Shown one piece after another: positions 25,144 to 35,262 of a stretch of DNA of 50,683 bases. The DNA is taken from positions 1-50,683 of the IMG/VR virus record IMGVR_UViG_3300043409_001053. One strand, 5' to 3'. The translations under genes and the position numbers were made by a program. Each line of letters begins with the position of its first letter. Positions within the stretch are counted from its first letter, which is position 1. This DNA is from a virus (lineage: Duplodnaviria > Caudoviricetes). Under the pieces are notes generated by a model. That model was given only the letters and a program-made list of their open reading frames with translations. It was not told the origin of the DNA and did not search any database.

Positions 25144-28100
25144 ATTTGTTTTTATAATCGTCGAGTGTCCCCATGTAGATCTCTGAAGCGTTAACCATTA
25201 TTGCATTTACAGGTGTCAAAACTACAGAAGTGTATGCTCTTAAAGTTACGAACATAGCAGATGCTGGATTAGGAATGTTAGTATTAATTAATGCAGAATA
25301 AACGATAGCGTAAGGACTCAATGTTAAGTCATATACATACAGTCTTGCACTACTAGAGCCTTCTGGTATGGTTATAATAAACTTGTATTCACTTGTATAA
25401 TTAAGAGTGTAAGTGCTTAGTGCTGTAGTCGTAACGCCTCCAGCCATACACTTAAAAGATAAGACGTTGTCAACTATCTCAGCCCATGCACCATCGCCAC
25501 CCCATACAGATGGTGATGTGTTCTGTGCGGGAGTCTGTATATACCCGAACCATTTGTTACAGACTTTATTTTCGAATTTCATAATAGCGTGTACACAACT
25601 TCCACCTTTTCCACCAACTCCAAATTTGGTTGAAGAATACCAAACAAAACCACCGTTGCCACCACTCGATGACACTCTAATTGCTTGGTATGGTCTAGAA
25701 GTTAAGGACGATGGATACGTTCCCCCTCCTCCAGTAGTCCCTGCTATCTGCGCAGTTTCAAAGTACCCACTTACGCTTATTTGGCTCAATAAATTAGTTT
25801 GACCCCAATTGTATAGTTGTATTCTCCCACTATCTAATTCTACCTCTATAAGTCTATACACCGCATCTACCCCACTTGGATTCAAACCTCCTTGATAAGT
25901 AGCTATATAAACTTTATCTGTAGTAAGTTCCCCTCCTACTAGTACTACGTTATTTACGTCCCTGAACTCTAATACGTCAGTATCTGCTGTCACTCTTAAA
26001 TTCCCTGCATTGGTTTCTGAAAGTGATAATAAACAAAGTAATGGAAAACCTGGAGTAGTAATATCTACAGACGAAGTAAAAGTAACCCCATAATCGGAGG
26101 TTGTTGCGTAAATAAAAATATTAGCAAATGATTTATCTAATTTATCTTCTAGTTCTGCATCTACATAAGCCTTACTTGTAGTAGCTTGTAGCTGATAGGT
26201 ATAATATCTGCCAGAGAACCTCTTAATAAAAAATTTCTTACCATTTGCAATACTATTTTGTGTATGGGGGGCATCCGTTATACTATCCCATATTTGTAAA
26301 GCACCAGTACCATCTACATTTAATGTAGGTACTCCAACTCCTGTATTTACATTTGCAAAATCTATCTCCAAAAATCTAGGTTGAGATGTTAAACTTTGCC
26401 CAGTTACTACTGTACCTGTAAGACCCCCAGAAAACGACCCTGTTACATTCAGTGTAATATTTTCTTTTTTAGCATCTTGATTATCTATATAAGTTTGTCC
26501 AAATAATTGCTCTAGTCCTAAAGTGTAAAATTTATTATCAGCATAATAATGAAGAATCCTTTTGCCATTCGGAATACTATTTTGGGTATGCAAGGTGTTG
26601 GTTCTTGAATCCCATATTTCTTTTGCTCCAAGACCATCTAAATTTAATGTAGGAGTACCAGCTGATGTATTTTGGTTTGCGTATGATATTAATAATAAGG
26701 TTGGAATAGTTGTTAAACTTAATCCAGATGTTGCAGTAGCTGTCAAACCCCCTGAGAATGACCCAAAAACAGTAGGCAATCTTTTTTCATATTTGGTCAG
26801 ATCCAAATCTAAAGACTCCTGCTCCATTAATTTTATCCACGAACCCGCTGGCTTATCCCCCACACTTTGGTAAATAGCCCATCCACTTGTTACTGTTGGG
26901 TCAAGACTCGCATCTACTACATACACTTGCTCTTTATCTAAAGCATCAGAAGGTAAATCTGCGTACGTTGCAACTTCTCTACTTATATTCGTAGGGATGG
27001 TTGAGATTAACTGCTTAATTCCGCCTACATCTGTTATTGCTCTGTCATTCAACAACTGTTTAGCCGTATAATCTGCTGCATTAACTAGACCTACTTCATT
27101 AGTATCTGTGATTACTATACCGTTATCATTTACGCCAGATTCACCCCATATTTCTTTTGTCTCTCCATCTTTTGTTGATTGAAGAAAAAACTCATCTTTA
27201 TTTGCGTATATCTGATATCCATCTCCTACGCTAGATGTGTGAGATAAACTAGTTTCTTCGCCTAATTTAAAAGCATAGCTTCTAACACCTGATACATCAC
27301 CATTTATTTCCAGCCCGTTTTCTCCCCAATTAAAATAATGATAGAATCCAGATTCGTGAATTCCCCATAATACTTCCCCTTTGAGTTTAATAATGAAGTT
27401 CTTAATTCTTGTACCCGTAAACCCAGATTTAGTGGATTTACCTATTGCGAAATCATGATTCCCTCCAGCATCACCAAGTATTGTAGTATTCTCAACTAAT
27501 GTTCCACCTAATTTAATATCATCACCAGTTTTTGTTAAACCATTTGATGCTGTTCCTATTTTATCTCCTAGTTTTGTTTCAACAAACCCCCAATCAGGTA
27601 TCCATCTTGGATTCACAGATCCTTCAACACTATAATCTGCATGATATTGTAAACCAGTCAAATGAAAATCATCTCTAAAAATTGTTTCATTTGCATCAAT
27701 TTTAAATTCTTTTCTTTTAATTGAACCTATATTGTCTATGTATTTTAACTCTATAGATTCTGGATTTATCGTTAATATTGTGCTAGTTGCAGAACTTAAA
27801 CTTTCTTGTTTTTGAAACCTTATAGTTTTATCGTCTAAATATAAATCTGTATGTTTAGTTAGTGTACCTCCAAGTTCAGCCGTACCATCATTATCTGTTA
27901 ATCCACTTCCTATAGTTGTACCTCCAATTACTTCAATCAAGTCTAAATCTGCAATACCATTTTTCCAAACATATCTTTTAGAAGGTTGTCCAACTTCATT
28001 AATAATTACCTCTCTACCTAAATATCTTACAGATTCAGGTACTTCTAATATCGCTTCTGCTACTGATACCCAAGGACCTTCCCATGGGTCAAGTGTTTCT

Positions 28101-28150
28101 GGACTTAATACCTTAACCCCATGTAATAAATCTAACTTATTCGCTTCCAT
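25121..28150 (-). CDS. tail fibre protein
   Basis: 1009 aa, internal repeats (LGGTL; PTLN.DG.GA), lectin-like C-terminus, follows baseplate genes. Confidence 0.75.
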   Translation of the reverse strand: MEANKLDLLHGVKVLSPETLDPWEGPWVSVAEAILEVPESVRYLGREVIINEVGQPSKRYVWKNGIADLDLIEVIGGTTIGSGLTDNDGTAELGGTLTKHTDLYLDDKTIRFQKQESLSSATSTILTINPESIELKYIDNIGSIKRKEFKIDANETIFRDDFHLTGLQYHADYSVEGSVNPRWIPDWGFVETKLGDKIGTASNGLTKTGDDIKLGGTLVENTTILGDAGGNHDFAIGKSTKSGFTGTRIKNFIIKLKGEVLWGIHESGFYHYFNWGENGLEINGDVSGVRSYAFKLGEETSLSHTSSVGDGYQIYANKDEFFLQSTKDGETKEIWGESGVNDNGIVITDTNEVGLVNAADYTAKQLLNDRAITDVGGIKQLISTIPTNISREVATYADLPSDALDKEQVYVVDASLDPTVTSGWAIYQSVGDKPAGSWIKLMEQESLDLDLTKYEKRLPTVFGSFSGGLTATATSGLSLTTIPTLLLISYANQNTSAGTPTLNLDGLGAKEIWDSRTNTLHTQNSIPNGKRILHYYADNKFYTLGLEQLFGQTYIDNQDAKKENITLNVTGSFSGGLTGTVVTGQSLTSQPRFLEIDFANVNTGVGVPTLNVDGTGALQIWDSITDAPHTQNSIANGKKFFIKRFSGRYYTYQLQATTSKAYVDAELEDKLDKSFANIFIYATTSDYGVTFTSSVDITTPGFPLLCLLSLSETNAGNLRVTADTDVLEFRDVNNVVLVGGELTTDKVYIATYQGGLNPSGVDAVYRLIEVELDSGRIQLYNWGQTNLLSQISVSGYFETAQIAGTTGGGGTYPSSLTSRPYQAIRVSSSGGNGGFVWYSSTKFGVGGKGGSCVHAIMKFENKVCNKWFGYIQTPAQNTSPSVWGGDGAWAEIVDNVLSFKCMAGGVTTTALSTYTLNYTSEYKFIITIPEGSSSARLYVYDLTLSPYAIVYSALINTNIPNPASAMFVTLRAYTSVVLTPVNAIMVNASEIYMGTLDDYKNKYEFNDTL

Positions 28151-28154
28151 TTTA

Positions 28155-29108
28155 TTAACTAATTAAAATTTGATGTCTGTGATTTGATGCATATGGTACA
28201 CCAGCAGTAGCTTCATATACCCTATATGATACAGGACTTCCACCTCCATCATTTACTGATATATTAGCTTTTTCAACATACGAAGATGTTATGTTAGCAT
28301 TTAAAGCATCTAAATCTATTACACTAACCAAAGACCTACCTACAGGTATAGCGATGTAAAATTTAGTTAACGTGATTCCTGTGTTTAGAATAAAACTAGA
28401 AGATGTCCTAAATATGTTTTGAGGTAAAGCTCTTACATTTGCAGAATTAGTCAAAGTAGTAGCATTTGCACCAAAGAAAAATAAATACCTCCAATTAACT
28501 AAGAAATCTCTTTGATTTAAGTTCGATTCTAAATCTTCAAATTGAAATCTCCACGTGTTACTTACTTCTGTAGTTTTTACTACAGGATTAAATGTCGATA
28601 CAGACAACGTCTCTGTCCCATCATTTGCAAGTCCAGTACCTAGAATGCCATTCCCACCGTCTATGTCTATAATTTGACAAGTATTAGGTGTTACATTACT
28701 TGGATTACTTATTGTCCATGTGAATGTTTTACTTCCAGAAATGTTTGAACCAACCTCTACTGTTGTAGCTTGACCGCTAATGCTAAATGCTGTAGCAACA
28801 GGTAATAAATACTCTTGTGAAATCAAAGTTATTACTTCTTGAGCTGTTTTACCTGTTGATGGGATTGTGTCGCCATTCAAATATCTACCTACATTCTTTC
28901 CACCGCTTAGAATTACTTCTATATCAGAAGTAAAAACAGTATCGCCACTTTCAGCAACTAATTTAACCCATTCACCACTTACATAATGGTACAGTTCAAC
29001 ATCATAAGGATGTTCTGCATCTGCCATTTTCGCCCAAATGACATAAGTCTTAGTTGGCGGATCAACTGACCGAATTAAACCTGTTACATTTCCTAAATTA
29101 ATTTTCAT
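28155..29108 (-). CDS. tail/baseplate structural protein
   Basis: beta-rich Ig-like sequence located between gpI-like and fibre genes. Confidence 0.6.
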   Translation of the reverse strand: MKINLGNVTGLIRSVDPPTKTYVIWAKMADAEHPYDVELYHYVSGEWVKLVAESGDTVFTSDIEVILSGGKNVGRYLNGDTIPSTGKTAQEVITLISQEYLLPVATAFSISGQATTVEVGSNISGSKTFTWTISNPSNVTPNTCQIIDIDGGNGILGTGLANDGTETLSVSTFNPVVKTTEVSNTWRFQFEDLESNLNQRDFLVNWRYLFFFGANATTLTNSANVRALPQNIFRTSSSFILNTGITLTKFYIAIPVGRSLVSVIDLDALNANITSSYVEKANISVNDGGGSPVSYRVYEATAGVPYASNHRHQILIS

Positions 29109-30585
29109 AATGCCCTATATGATTAGTATTGTCTCCTATTCCAATAAGTGTAGCATGATTTTCATTCCCACTTGTATCAAATATAGTTAATCCGTTGACC
29201 TCGTCAAAGTTATAAAGTATCAAAATATTATTGATACCAAATAACTCGATATTATTTCCATCACCAAAATTATATATATTCTTAATGCTTGTAATATCTA
29301 TTGTGCTTTCGGCAATAAAATAAGTATCAATTGCCAAAGCACTAAAGTTAACACCATTATATCCAAATACAACATCTTCTGTGTTGTTAATATTTGGATT
29401 GGTAAGTGTACTAGTTATTACTACATTCGTTTCAAGTGTGCCGTTAATGTAAATCTTATAAGTAGCTATATCTTCATCTAAAACCTCTATAAATAGATTA
29501 TACCATTCATTTACAAGTAATGTACTTGTAGATTCAATCTTGTTTTCACCAGTTAGATTTTTAACTGTTAATATTACTTTTCCATCAACGACCGATAAGT
29601 CATAACCAACTGTAGAAGACATTTTATTAACGATTGGATTGTTACCCGAAACACTATCTAATTTTACCCATATTCCAGAACTAAATTGACCACTTACTAA
29701 ATCAATTGTAGTATCATGTGGAGTGCTTAGATATTCATCTACACCATTCAATTTTAAACAATTATTGAAATAGAATACACCATCAATATAAATCATGTCG
29801 CCATTTGGCAATATCATATACTTATATGCGTTTTCACCTTCTATAATTATGTCACCAACTAAATATTCAGGTTCATCATCAAGTGTAGCTATTCTTAGAG
29901 TTATTCCTTGTGCAAATTCATTGTCATATATTAAATCACCTACTTGATTTCCGTCTGTTCCGTCACTTATATAAATGCTTAAAACCTTATTGAATAGATT
30001 GATTCCATTGTAAGTAATTTCCCTTAAATCTGCATCTATAGGTTCGTTAAACTTGACAATGTTAAACACTCTATTTACAAATTCAGGAGTCAGTTCGTTG
30101 CTTCCATACAACTGAATTGAATACTCTCTACATCCGCAATAGTTGGTATTATCAAACCGCCTTATAGGTGAATCAAATGTTACAATTGAGTCAAAAGAAA
30201 AGTAGTCTTCATGTTCTATAACATATACTTCATCTACTCCTAACCATTTTAACATTAATTTATAGCTGAAAATAGTACCTCTAATATCAAACAATCTATT
30301 CGATATTGAAAGTATCTGTCTCCTTTGTTGCTCAGTAGTTAAAAAATCATTTACTAATCCATTATCATTTTCAAGATAACTTAGAAACTTACTTTGAGCC
30401 GTAAATGGGTCTTTAGTATTTGTCACTAAATTGTCAATCAATACCAAAGCGTTTTCGTCAAAGTCTTCTGCCAAAGATTCATTGTAACGCTCTAATATCC
30501 CTTTTCCGTTAATATCTTTGTATGTGTCGTTTAATTTCTCATTCGACCCAAACAACTTGAATATAATTCCTTTTAAGCTAAACAT
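29098..30585 (-). CDS. P2 gpI-like baseplate protein with C-terminal LamG-like domain
   Basis: FLSYL...RR....IRGT N-terminus; LNGVDEY, WVK, NEWY, IYING, YNFDE...DTSGNENHATL. Confidence 0.75.
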   Translation of the reverse strand: MFSLKGIIFKLFGSNEKLNDTYKDINGKGILERYNESLAEDFDENALVLIDNLVTNTKDPFTAQSKFLSYLENDNGLVNDFLTTEQQRRQILSISNRLFDIRGTIFSYKLMLKWLGVDEVYVIEHEDYFSFDSIVTFDSPIRRFDNTNYCGCREYSIQLYGSNELTPEFVNRVFNIVKFNEPIDADLREITYNGINLFNKVLSIYISDGTDGNQVGDLIYDNEFAQGITLRIATLDDEPEYLVGDIIIEGENAYKYMILPNGDMIYIDGVFYFNNCLKLNGVDEYLSTPHDTTIDLVSGQFSSGIWVKLDSVSGNNPIVNKMSSTVGYDLSVVDGKVILTVKNLTGENKIESTSTLLVNEWYNLFIEVLDEDIATYKIYINGTLETNVVITSTLTNPNINNTEDVVFGYNGVNFSALAIDTYFIAESTIDITSIKNIYNFGDGNNIELFGINNILILYNFDEVNGLTIFDTSGNENHATLIGIGDNTNHIGHYEN

Positions 30586-32255
30586 TATATACCTCCAGTT
30601 ACATTAATATTCAAAGACAATAAACTAGCAACTCCAATCGAGGGTTCTACTATCTCAATTTTATTTGAATTGTAAGGATAGCTATAAAATTCAAACCTAT
30701 CATTTACTAGATATTCACCTAAAATAGTAAATGTTATTTCTGTAAAACTTAGCTCTACATCGCTTGAATAAGTACCATAATAAATGTCATTCTTACGTAA
30801 TTCATAAGTGTTTATAGTAGTAAATCTAACATTCCATTTTACTGTTGTAGTGCTTTCGGGCTTGATAAATTTCACCCAATCAAGAACTGTTTCCGTTCCA
30901 TCTGTTTGCCTACCAAAAGGAATAGGAGACATTAACAACACGTTTGAATTATTAACGCATTTTAACCCTCCTATCTTTGTATTTTCGATAGATTCGTAAA
31001 CATCTGATAAATATACAGTTCCTTTAATTGGTTGATTTTCCACGCTATACAAAGTAAGCAAATCATTTATTACGGCTTGTTTTACCGCTAAATTTTGGAA
31101 TCCAGCAACAGCATTAACATTAGCAACTATGTTAATTAAAACCTCTCCTACTGCAATAGGATTAACAGTCTTACCCACTAATCGCTTATCCTCAAAAAAC
31201 TCTTTTACATCGTCTAATAATATTTGATTCGCCACTCCACCGCCAGTAGGGGCAATGTAAATAGGTATGTCTTTTGTACATTTATAATCTACCAATGCTC
31301 TGCCTACTCCATTTACTAATTCGGCTATTACTTTATAATCATCTTCTGTGACTGCTCTTAATTTAGTTCTATGTGATACAGGTACGTTTCTTTTAATATC
31401 TAGTAAAGATTCTATATCAGTTCCGCCACTACTAGCCAGTAAATTTGTAACTGTAATAGTAGTGCTTACAGGCAATGTTATTACACTATCAATAGTATTG
31501 ATTAATGTTTTACCTATGTTTCCATCTGTGCCTAAAGTAGAATTATAAGTTACCGAAATAGATTTACCTGCTTGTGGAACAAAGCCATTCATACCATCGC
31601 CGAATCTAACTTCCATCATTGCAGATTCATTTATTCCAGTTTGAAATACTTTACTTGTTGATGTACTGAAAGCAAATGTTTCAACAGGCATATAAGCTTC
31701 GACATCAGCAAGCAACGCAACGCTTTTATCTGCAACATCATTTGGCAACTCAAATTTTTGATTTATTGATCCGTCTGAAACTCCTAAAATAACACTCGCT
31801 ACACTTGTGACTTGTTTTGCCTTGGCTTGTACAGAACTAAGTCCTACCCCTATTGTAACTTGCTCCGTAGTCAAAAATTCAACTCCTGCTGTTGTTTTTA
31901 ATTTAGTGCCTAATGGAATTAAAACAATCGAAGTAGCTGGAATATTCAAAGTAAATGTAACATCTACTGTTGAAGCTCTCCTTCCTTTTACTCTATAGTC
32001 AAAAGCTCTTGCAATTTTTACGGCACTATCATATTTCCTACAAGTTCCTAGAAATGTTTCCCGTCCTTTGTTGTCTATGTAATAATTCAAATGTTCAGTA
32101 AGACCTAGCCAAATGTTAATCATTTTACTGAAAACATTGCTATCTGTATGGTCTGTAATTTCAGGAACTAAAGCTTGATATTTTGCGAACAAATTATTTT
32201 TAACTTGCTCAACTGTTCTATCTACATAACCTATCCAACTATTTACTAATGACAT
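30585..32255 (-). CDS. baseplate J-like wedge protein
   Basis: RETFL.T, IPLGT, FGDG..G.VP, GGTDIES, RAVTEDDY. Confidence 0.9.
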   Translation of the reverse strand: MSLVNSWIGYVDRTVEQVKNNLFAKYQALVPEITDHTDSNVFSKMINIWLGLTEHLNYYIDNKGRETFLGTCRKYDSAVKIARAFDYRVKGRRASTVDVTFTLNIPATSIVLIPLGTKLKTTAGVEFLTTEQVTIGVGLSSVQAKAKQVTSVASVILGVSDGSINQKFELPNDVADKSVALLADVEAYMPVETFAFSTSTSKVFQTGINESAMMEVRFGDGMNGFVPQAGKSISVTYNSTLGTDGNIGKTLINTIDSVITLPVSTTITVTNLLASSGGTDIESLLDIKRNVPVSHRTKLRAVTEDDYKVIAELVNGVGRALVDYKCTKDIPIYIAPTGGGVANQILLDDVKEFFEDKRLVGKTVNPIAVGEVLINIVANVNAVAGFQNLAVKQAVINDLLTLYSVENQPIKGTVYLSDVYESIENTKIGGLKCVNNSNVLLMSPIPFGRQTDGTETVLDWVKFIKPESTTTVKWNVRFTTINTYELRKNDIYYGTYSSDVELSFTEITFTILGEYLVNDRFEFYSYPYNSNKIEIVEPSIGVASLLSLNINVTGGI

Positions 32256-32258
32256 GAC

Positions 32259-32657
32259 TTATAAATTTACTTCTCTATAAAATGGGAAAATGAAACTATC
32301 TACTTCATTTGAAGCTAAGATACTATACTTTATTTTTACATCAACTCTACTTGATTCTGAGCTGTTATTTGTTATTTCTGTGCTGACATTAGCAACTCTC
32401 TTTTCAGATTGCCTTATACCTTCTACAACATGATAATCAAGCAAAGAAAATAAGATGCTATCGTTTGGCTCGAACAATAAATCTCTTACATCAGAGCCAA
32501 ACGAACGATTATTAAATACACTCCCCTTTTTAGTCTCTAATATTCGGACTATTGACTGTCTTACCAATGCCACATCACTATTTAATTCAACTGCTCCAGT
32601 AGAAGAAATCTGAATTGGGTACTTAATACCAACACCTAAATATTTTCTTTGTGCCAT
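32259..32657 (-). CDS. gp25/GPW-like baseplate protein
   Basis: VRQSIVRILETKKG....RSFGS....LFEP...EKRV. Confidence 0.9.
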   Translation of the reverse strand: MAQRKYLGVGIKYPIQISSTGAVELNSDVALVRQSIVRILETKKGSVFNNRSFGSDVRDLLFEPNDSILFSLLDYHVVEGIRQSEKRVANVSTEITNNSSESSRVDVKIKYSILASNEVDSFIFPFYREVNL

Positions 32658-32684
32658 ATTGCTAAATTACTTATTTTTTACCAA

Positions 32685-33266
32685 CTATTTCAAAAACAAA
32701 GAAAGTCTTGCAGATAATTCTACAAAAGCAGGTGCGTTTGATAGTGGTACGCCTGAAACATTAGCTATTGATAATTGCGTTGTTAAATCTTGTAGTATGC
32801 TTAGAAGATTCTCAACATCATTGCCAATAAATATACCTTTTGCATCCATGTCAATAGTCAATCCACTAGCATCTTTTATAACTATCTTTTTATTGTCTGA
32901 GTCTATTAATATAGTTCTTCCATCTCTTTGAATTACTATGTTTTTTTGATTTACCGATTTTGCATCTCCTAGAGTTTTGGCATACCATCCGCACTCATAA
33001 ATAGGAAACCTAGTATTACCGCCCTCGAAAGTAACAAATATAGGCTCTCCAATTTCTGGAACGTAGAATATACCGTTTCCTTTTTGCTCCACCCATTTTT
33101 CAGGAACTTCTTTTCCATATATCTGTGGAACTTTTATTCTTATTCTACCTAAGTTTTCAGGGTCTTTATTGTCTGACACAGTACCTCGATAGATTCCATA
33201 ATACAATCCAAAGTATTCAAGTCCAAGTTTTTTAAGTGTCTGTATAAAATCTTGTATGTTTTTCAT
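32685..33266 (-). CDS. baseplate spike (gpV/gp5 OB-fold)
   Basis: YRGTVSDNKDPENLGRIRIKVP, VPEIGE.IFVTFEGG. Confidence 0.9.
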   Translation of the reverse strand: MKNIQDFIQTLKKLGLEYFGLYYGIYRGTVSDNKDPENLGRIRIKVPQIYGKEVPEKWVEQKGNGIFYVPEIGEPIFVTFEGGNTRFPIYECGWYAKTLGDAKSVNQKNIVIQRDGRTILIDSDNKKIVIKDASGLTIDMDAKGIFIGNDVENLLSILQDLTTQLSIANVSGVPLSNAPAFVELSARLSLFLK

Positions 33267-34472
33267 CTATAATTCTATTGCATTAGTATCATAGTTAATA
33301 ACTTTGGATACTTTAATTTTGTTATCAGTCTTATCAGTACCTACACTTTTATTAATATCATCGTTTTTGGTAGAGTCACCACTTTGAGCCATTCCAGTAG
33401 CGTTTCTTTTCAACTCTAACGTAGTGATATAACTTGCATCAATGCTATGTTTAGCTTTTGAAACGTACCAATTACCTGAATGTTTTTTGCTTACGTTCTT
33501 CATTGTTACAATAACATCAGCCATTATATTAGGGTCTCCATTTATTACCAAGTTAGCCGTAATGTCGTCTAAAGAGCTTTCAGTTTGTGTATATTTTGAT
33601 TTGTTATCCACCTCAGTAGCATCAGTATTAGGGACGTAAACACTATCTTTAACCTCAGTAGCTATATTTCTAGTCCTACTATTTAAATTTGCATTTACAT
33701 CATAGTTATTTGTGAAATCATTAAGTTTCTTTTCTTTGTTGTTTTGTGGTGTTGTTGACTTATCTATGCTTTCGTTGTTAGATAAGTCATATCCATTTGC
33801 TACCGTTTCAGAAGATGATTCTGACTTGCTAGTATCTTTCTCATTTGGTGTAAAAGATATTACTTGACCATCTCCATTATTCCAGTTGAATGTTTTAATC
33901 GATGGTGAACTTAATGCTTTTTCCTTAACTATTATTTTGTCGTCTTTAGTTATGGGTGTAAGTTTCCAATCTGCAAACTCCTTTATAATACCTCTAACAA
34001 AGCTTAAATTATCTTGATTAGTTTGTGTAATCAAATCTATTTTCTTATTAATACTTGCGTTTGTATCATTTGCAAAACTGATAGACATTCCAGAATCTTT
34101 AGCTACTTTTGTGCAAATATATTTAATAGATTGACCTTGCCATATCTTAGTTATCTTAGTTTTAGCTAGAACAATTCCTAAATCTAAACAAACAACATTA
34201 GCTGTTATAATACCACCATAAGTAACGTTTACATTTGATATTTTACAAGTTCTCTTTTGTGATTGTGAACCACCTAAATATCCAAATATCACATTCAATA
34301 TCACTCCATTAACAAAAATATTATCTAAATCATCTAAAGATAATCCAATACATTTCATTGTAAAAACATCTAAATCATCAACAGAATCTTCAAAAGAGAT
34401 ACTACTAATTTTATCAGTAATATCTCTTTTATTTCCTTCTACTATTACCCTATAAAATGGTGAATAACTCAT
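33267..34472 (-). CDS. baseplate hub (gpD/gp27-like)
   Basis: DITDKISSI.FED, FGY, QTNQDNLSF, GDPNI, SGNWYV...HSI. Confidence 0.85.
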   Translation of the reverse strand: MSYSPFYRVIVEGNKRDITDKISSISFEDSVDDLDVFTMKCIGLSLDDLDNIFVNGVILNVIFGYLGGSQSQKRTCKISNVNVTYGGIITANVVCLDLGIVLAKTKITKIWQGQSIKYICTKVAKDSGMSISFANDTNASINKKIDLITQTNQDNLSFVRGIIKEFADWKLTPITKDDKIIVKEKALSSPSIKTFNWNNGDGQVISFTPNEKDTSKSESSSETVANGYDLSNNESIDKSTTPQNNKEKKLNDFTNNYDVNANLNSRTRNIATEVKDSVYVPNTDATEVDNKSKYTQTESSLDDITANLVINGDPNIMADVIVTMKNVSKKHSGNWYVSKAKHSIDASYITTLELKRNATGMAQSGDSTKNDDINKSVGTDKTDNKIKVSKVINYDTNAIEL

Positions 34473-34475
34473 AAT

Positions 34476-34802
34476 CTATAACGTTAATAAGAAAGTAAAT
34501 ATATCTGGAATCAATATCTCTTGACCTACAAATTCACTTATATCAAGGGAGTTCTCAATATTGTTGGCATCGGCAATTAACCACCAATAGAACTCAGGAT
34601 TTTCTACCAAGTCTTTGTAAACATTGTAAGCGATCAAGTCAATGAAATCATTCTGTCTTACTCTATAATAAGTATCGTTAACGCTTCCTTTCCATTCTAC
34701 CCTATCTCTAACTAGTTCCTTTTCTCCATTATCAAATATGATAATAGTTCCATTTTGGTACAAATTAGACTGACTTACTTCAATTAAATTATCCTCTAAC
34801 AT
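34476..34802 (-). CDS. LysM/tail X-like protein
   Basis: YRVRQND.IDLIAY..Y...WWLIADAN...GQEILIP. Confidence 0.85.
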   Translation of the reverse strand: MLEDNLIEVSQSNLYQNGTIIIFDNGEKELVRDRVEWKGSVNDTYYRVRQNDFIDLIAYNVYKDLVENPEFYWWLIADANNIENSLDISEFVGQEILIPDIFTFLLTL

Positions 34803-35262
34803 CTTTAATCCTCCTATTTTTTGCAGTGTCTAAAACTAGCCTTAATTTAACCGTTGCCCTTAAAGGTAAGAACTCATTAAAGTTGTCAAAATTAGAATAA
34901 GAAACATTGACATCATCAACTATCCAAACTTCATCCCTAAGAAATCTACCCATTATCAACTTCACGTTCTTAAACTTACCAAATCCACCATCGTTCATCC
35001 CCAAAGATTTCAAAAAGTTGCATTTATTCAGAACATCTTCTCTACCTGCTTCGTCTGAAAGAAAATCAATTGTAAAATTAACCTCATCTTTTCCACCACT
35101 ATAATGATACAAATCATTATTTCTACCTACTATAGAAACTGCTTCATTCTTAATTGTTCGGTGCCAATTAAAATTCTCAGGCATAAATTGAAACGTGACC
35201 CTATTAAAAGGTGAAGTAGTCTCTACTAAATGTATCCTATTATCTGTCGTATTGAATCCCAT
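34789..35262 (-). CDS. tail tube initiator-like protein
   Basis: FQFMPE, YSGG, PLRATVKLRL; located after the tape measure gene. Confidence 0.7.
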   Translation of the reverse strand: MGFNTTDNRIHLVETTSPFNRVTFQFMPENFNWHRTIKNEAVSIVGRNNDLYHYSGGKDEVNFTIDFLSDEAGREDVLNKCNFLKSLGMNDGGFGKFKNVKLIMGRFLRDEVWIVDDVNVSYSNFDNFNEFLPLRATVKLRLVLDTAKNRRIKDVRG

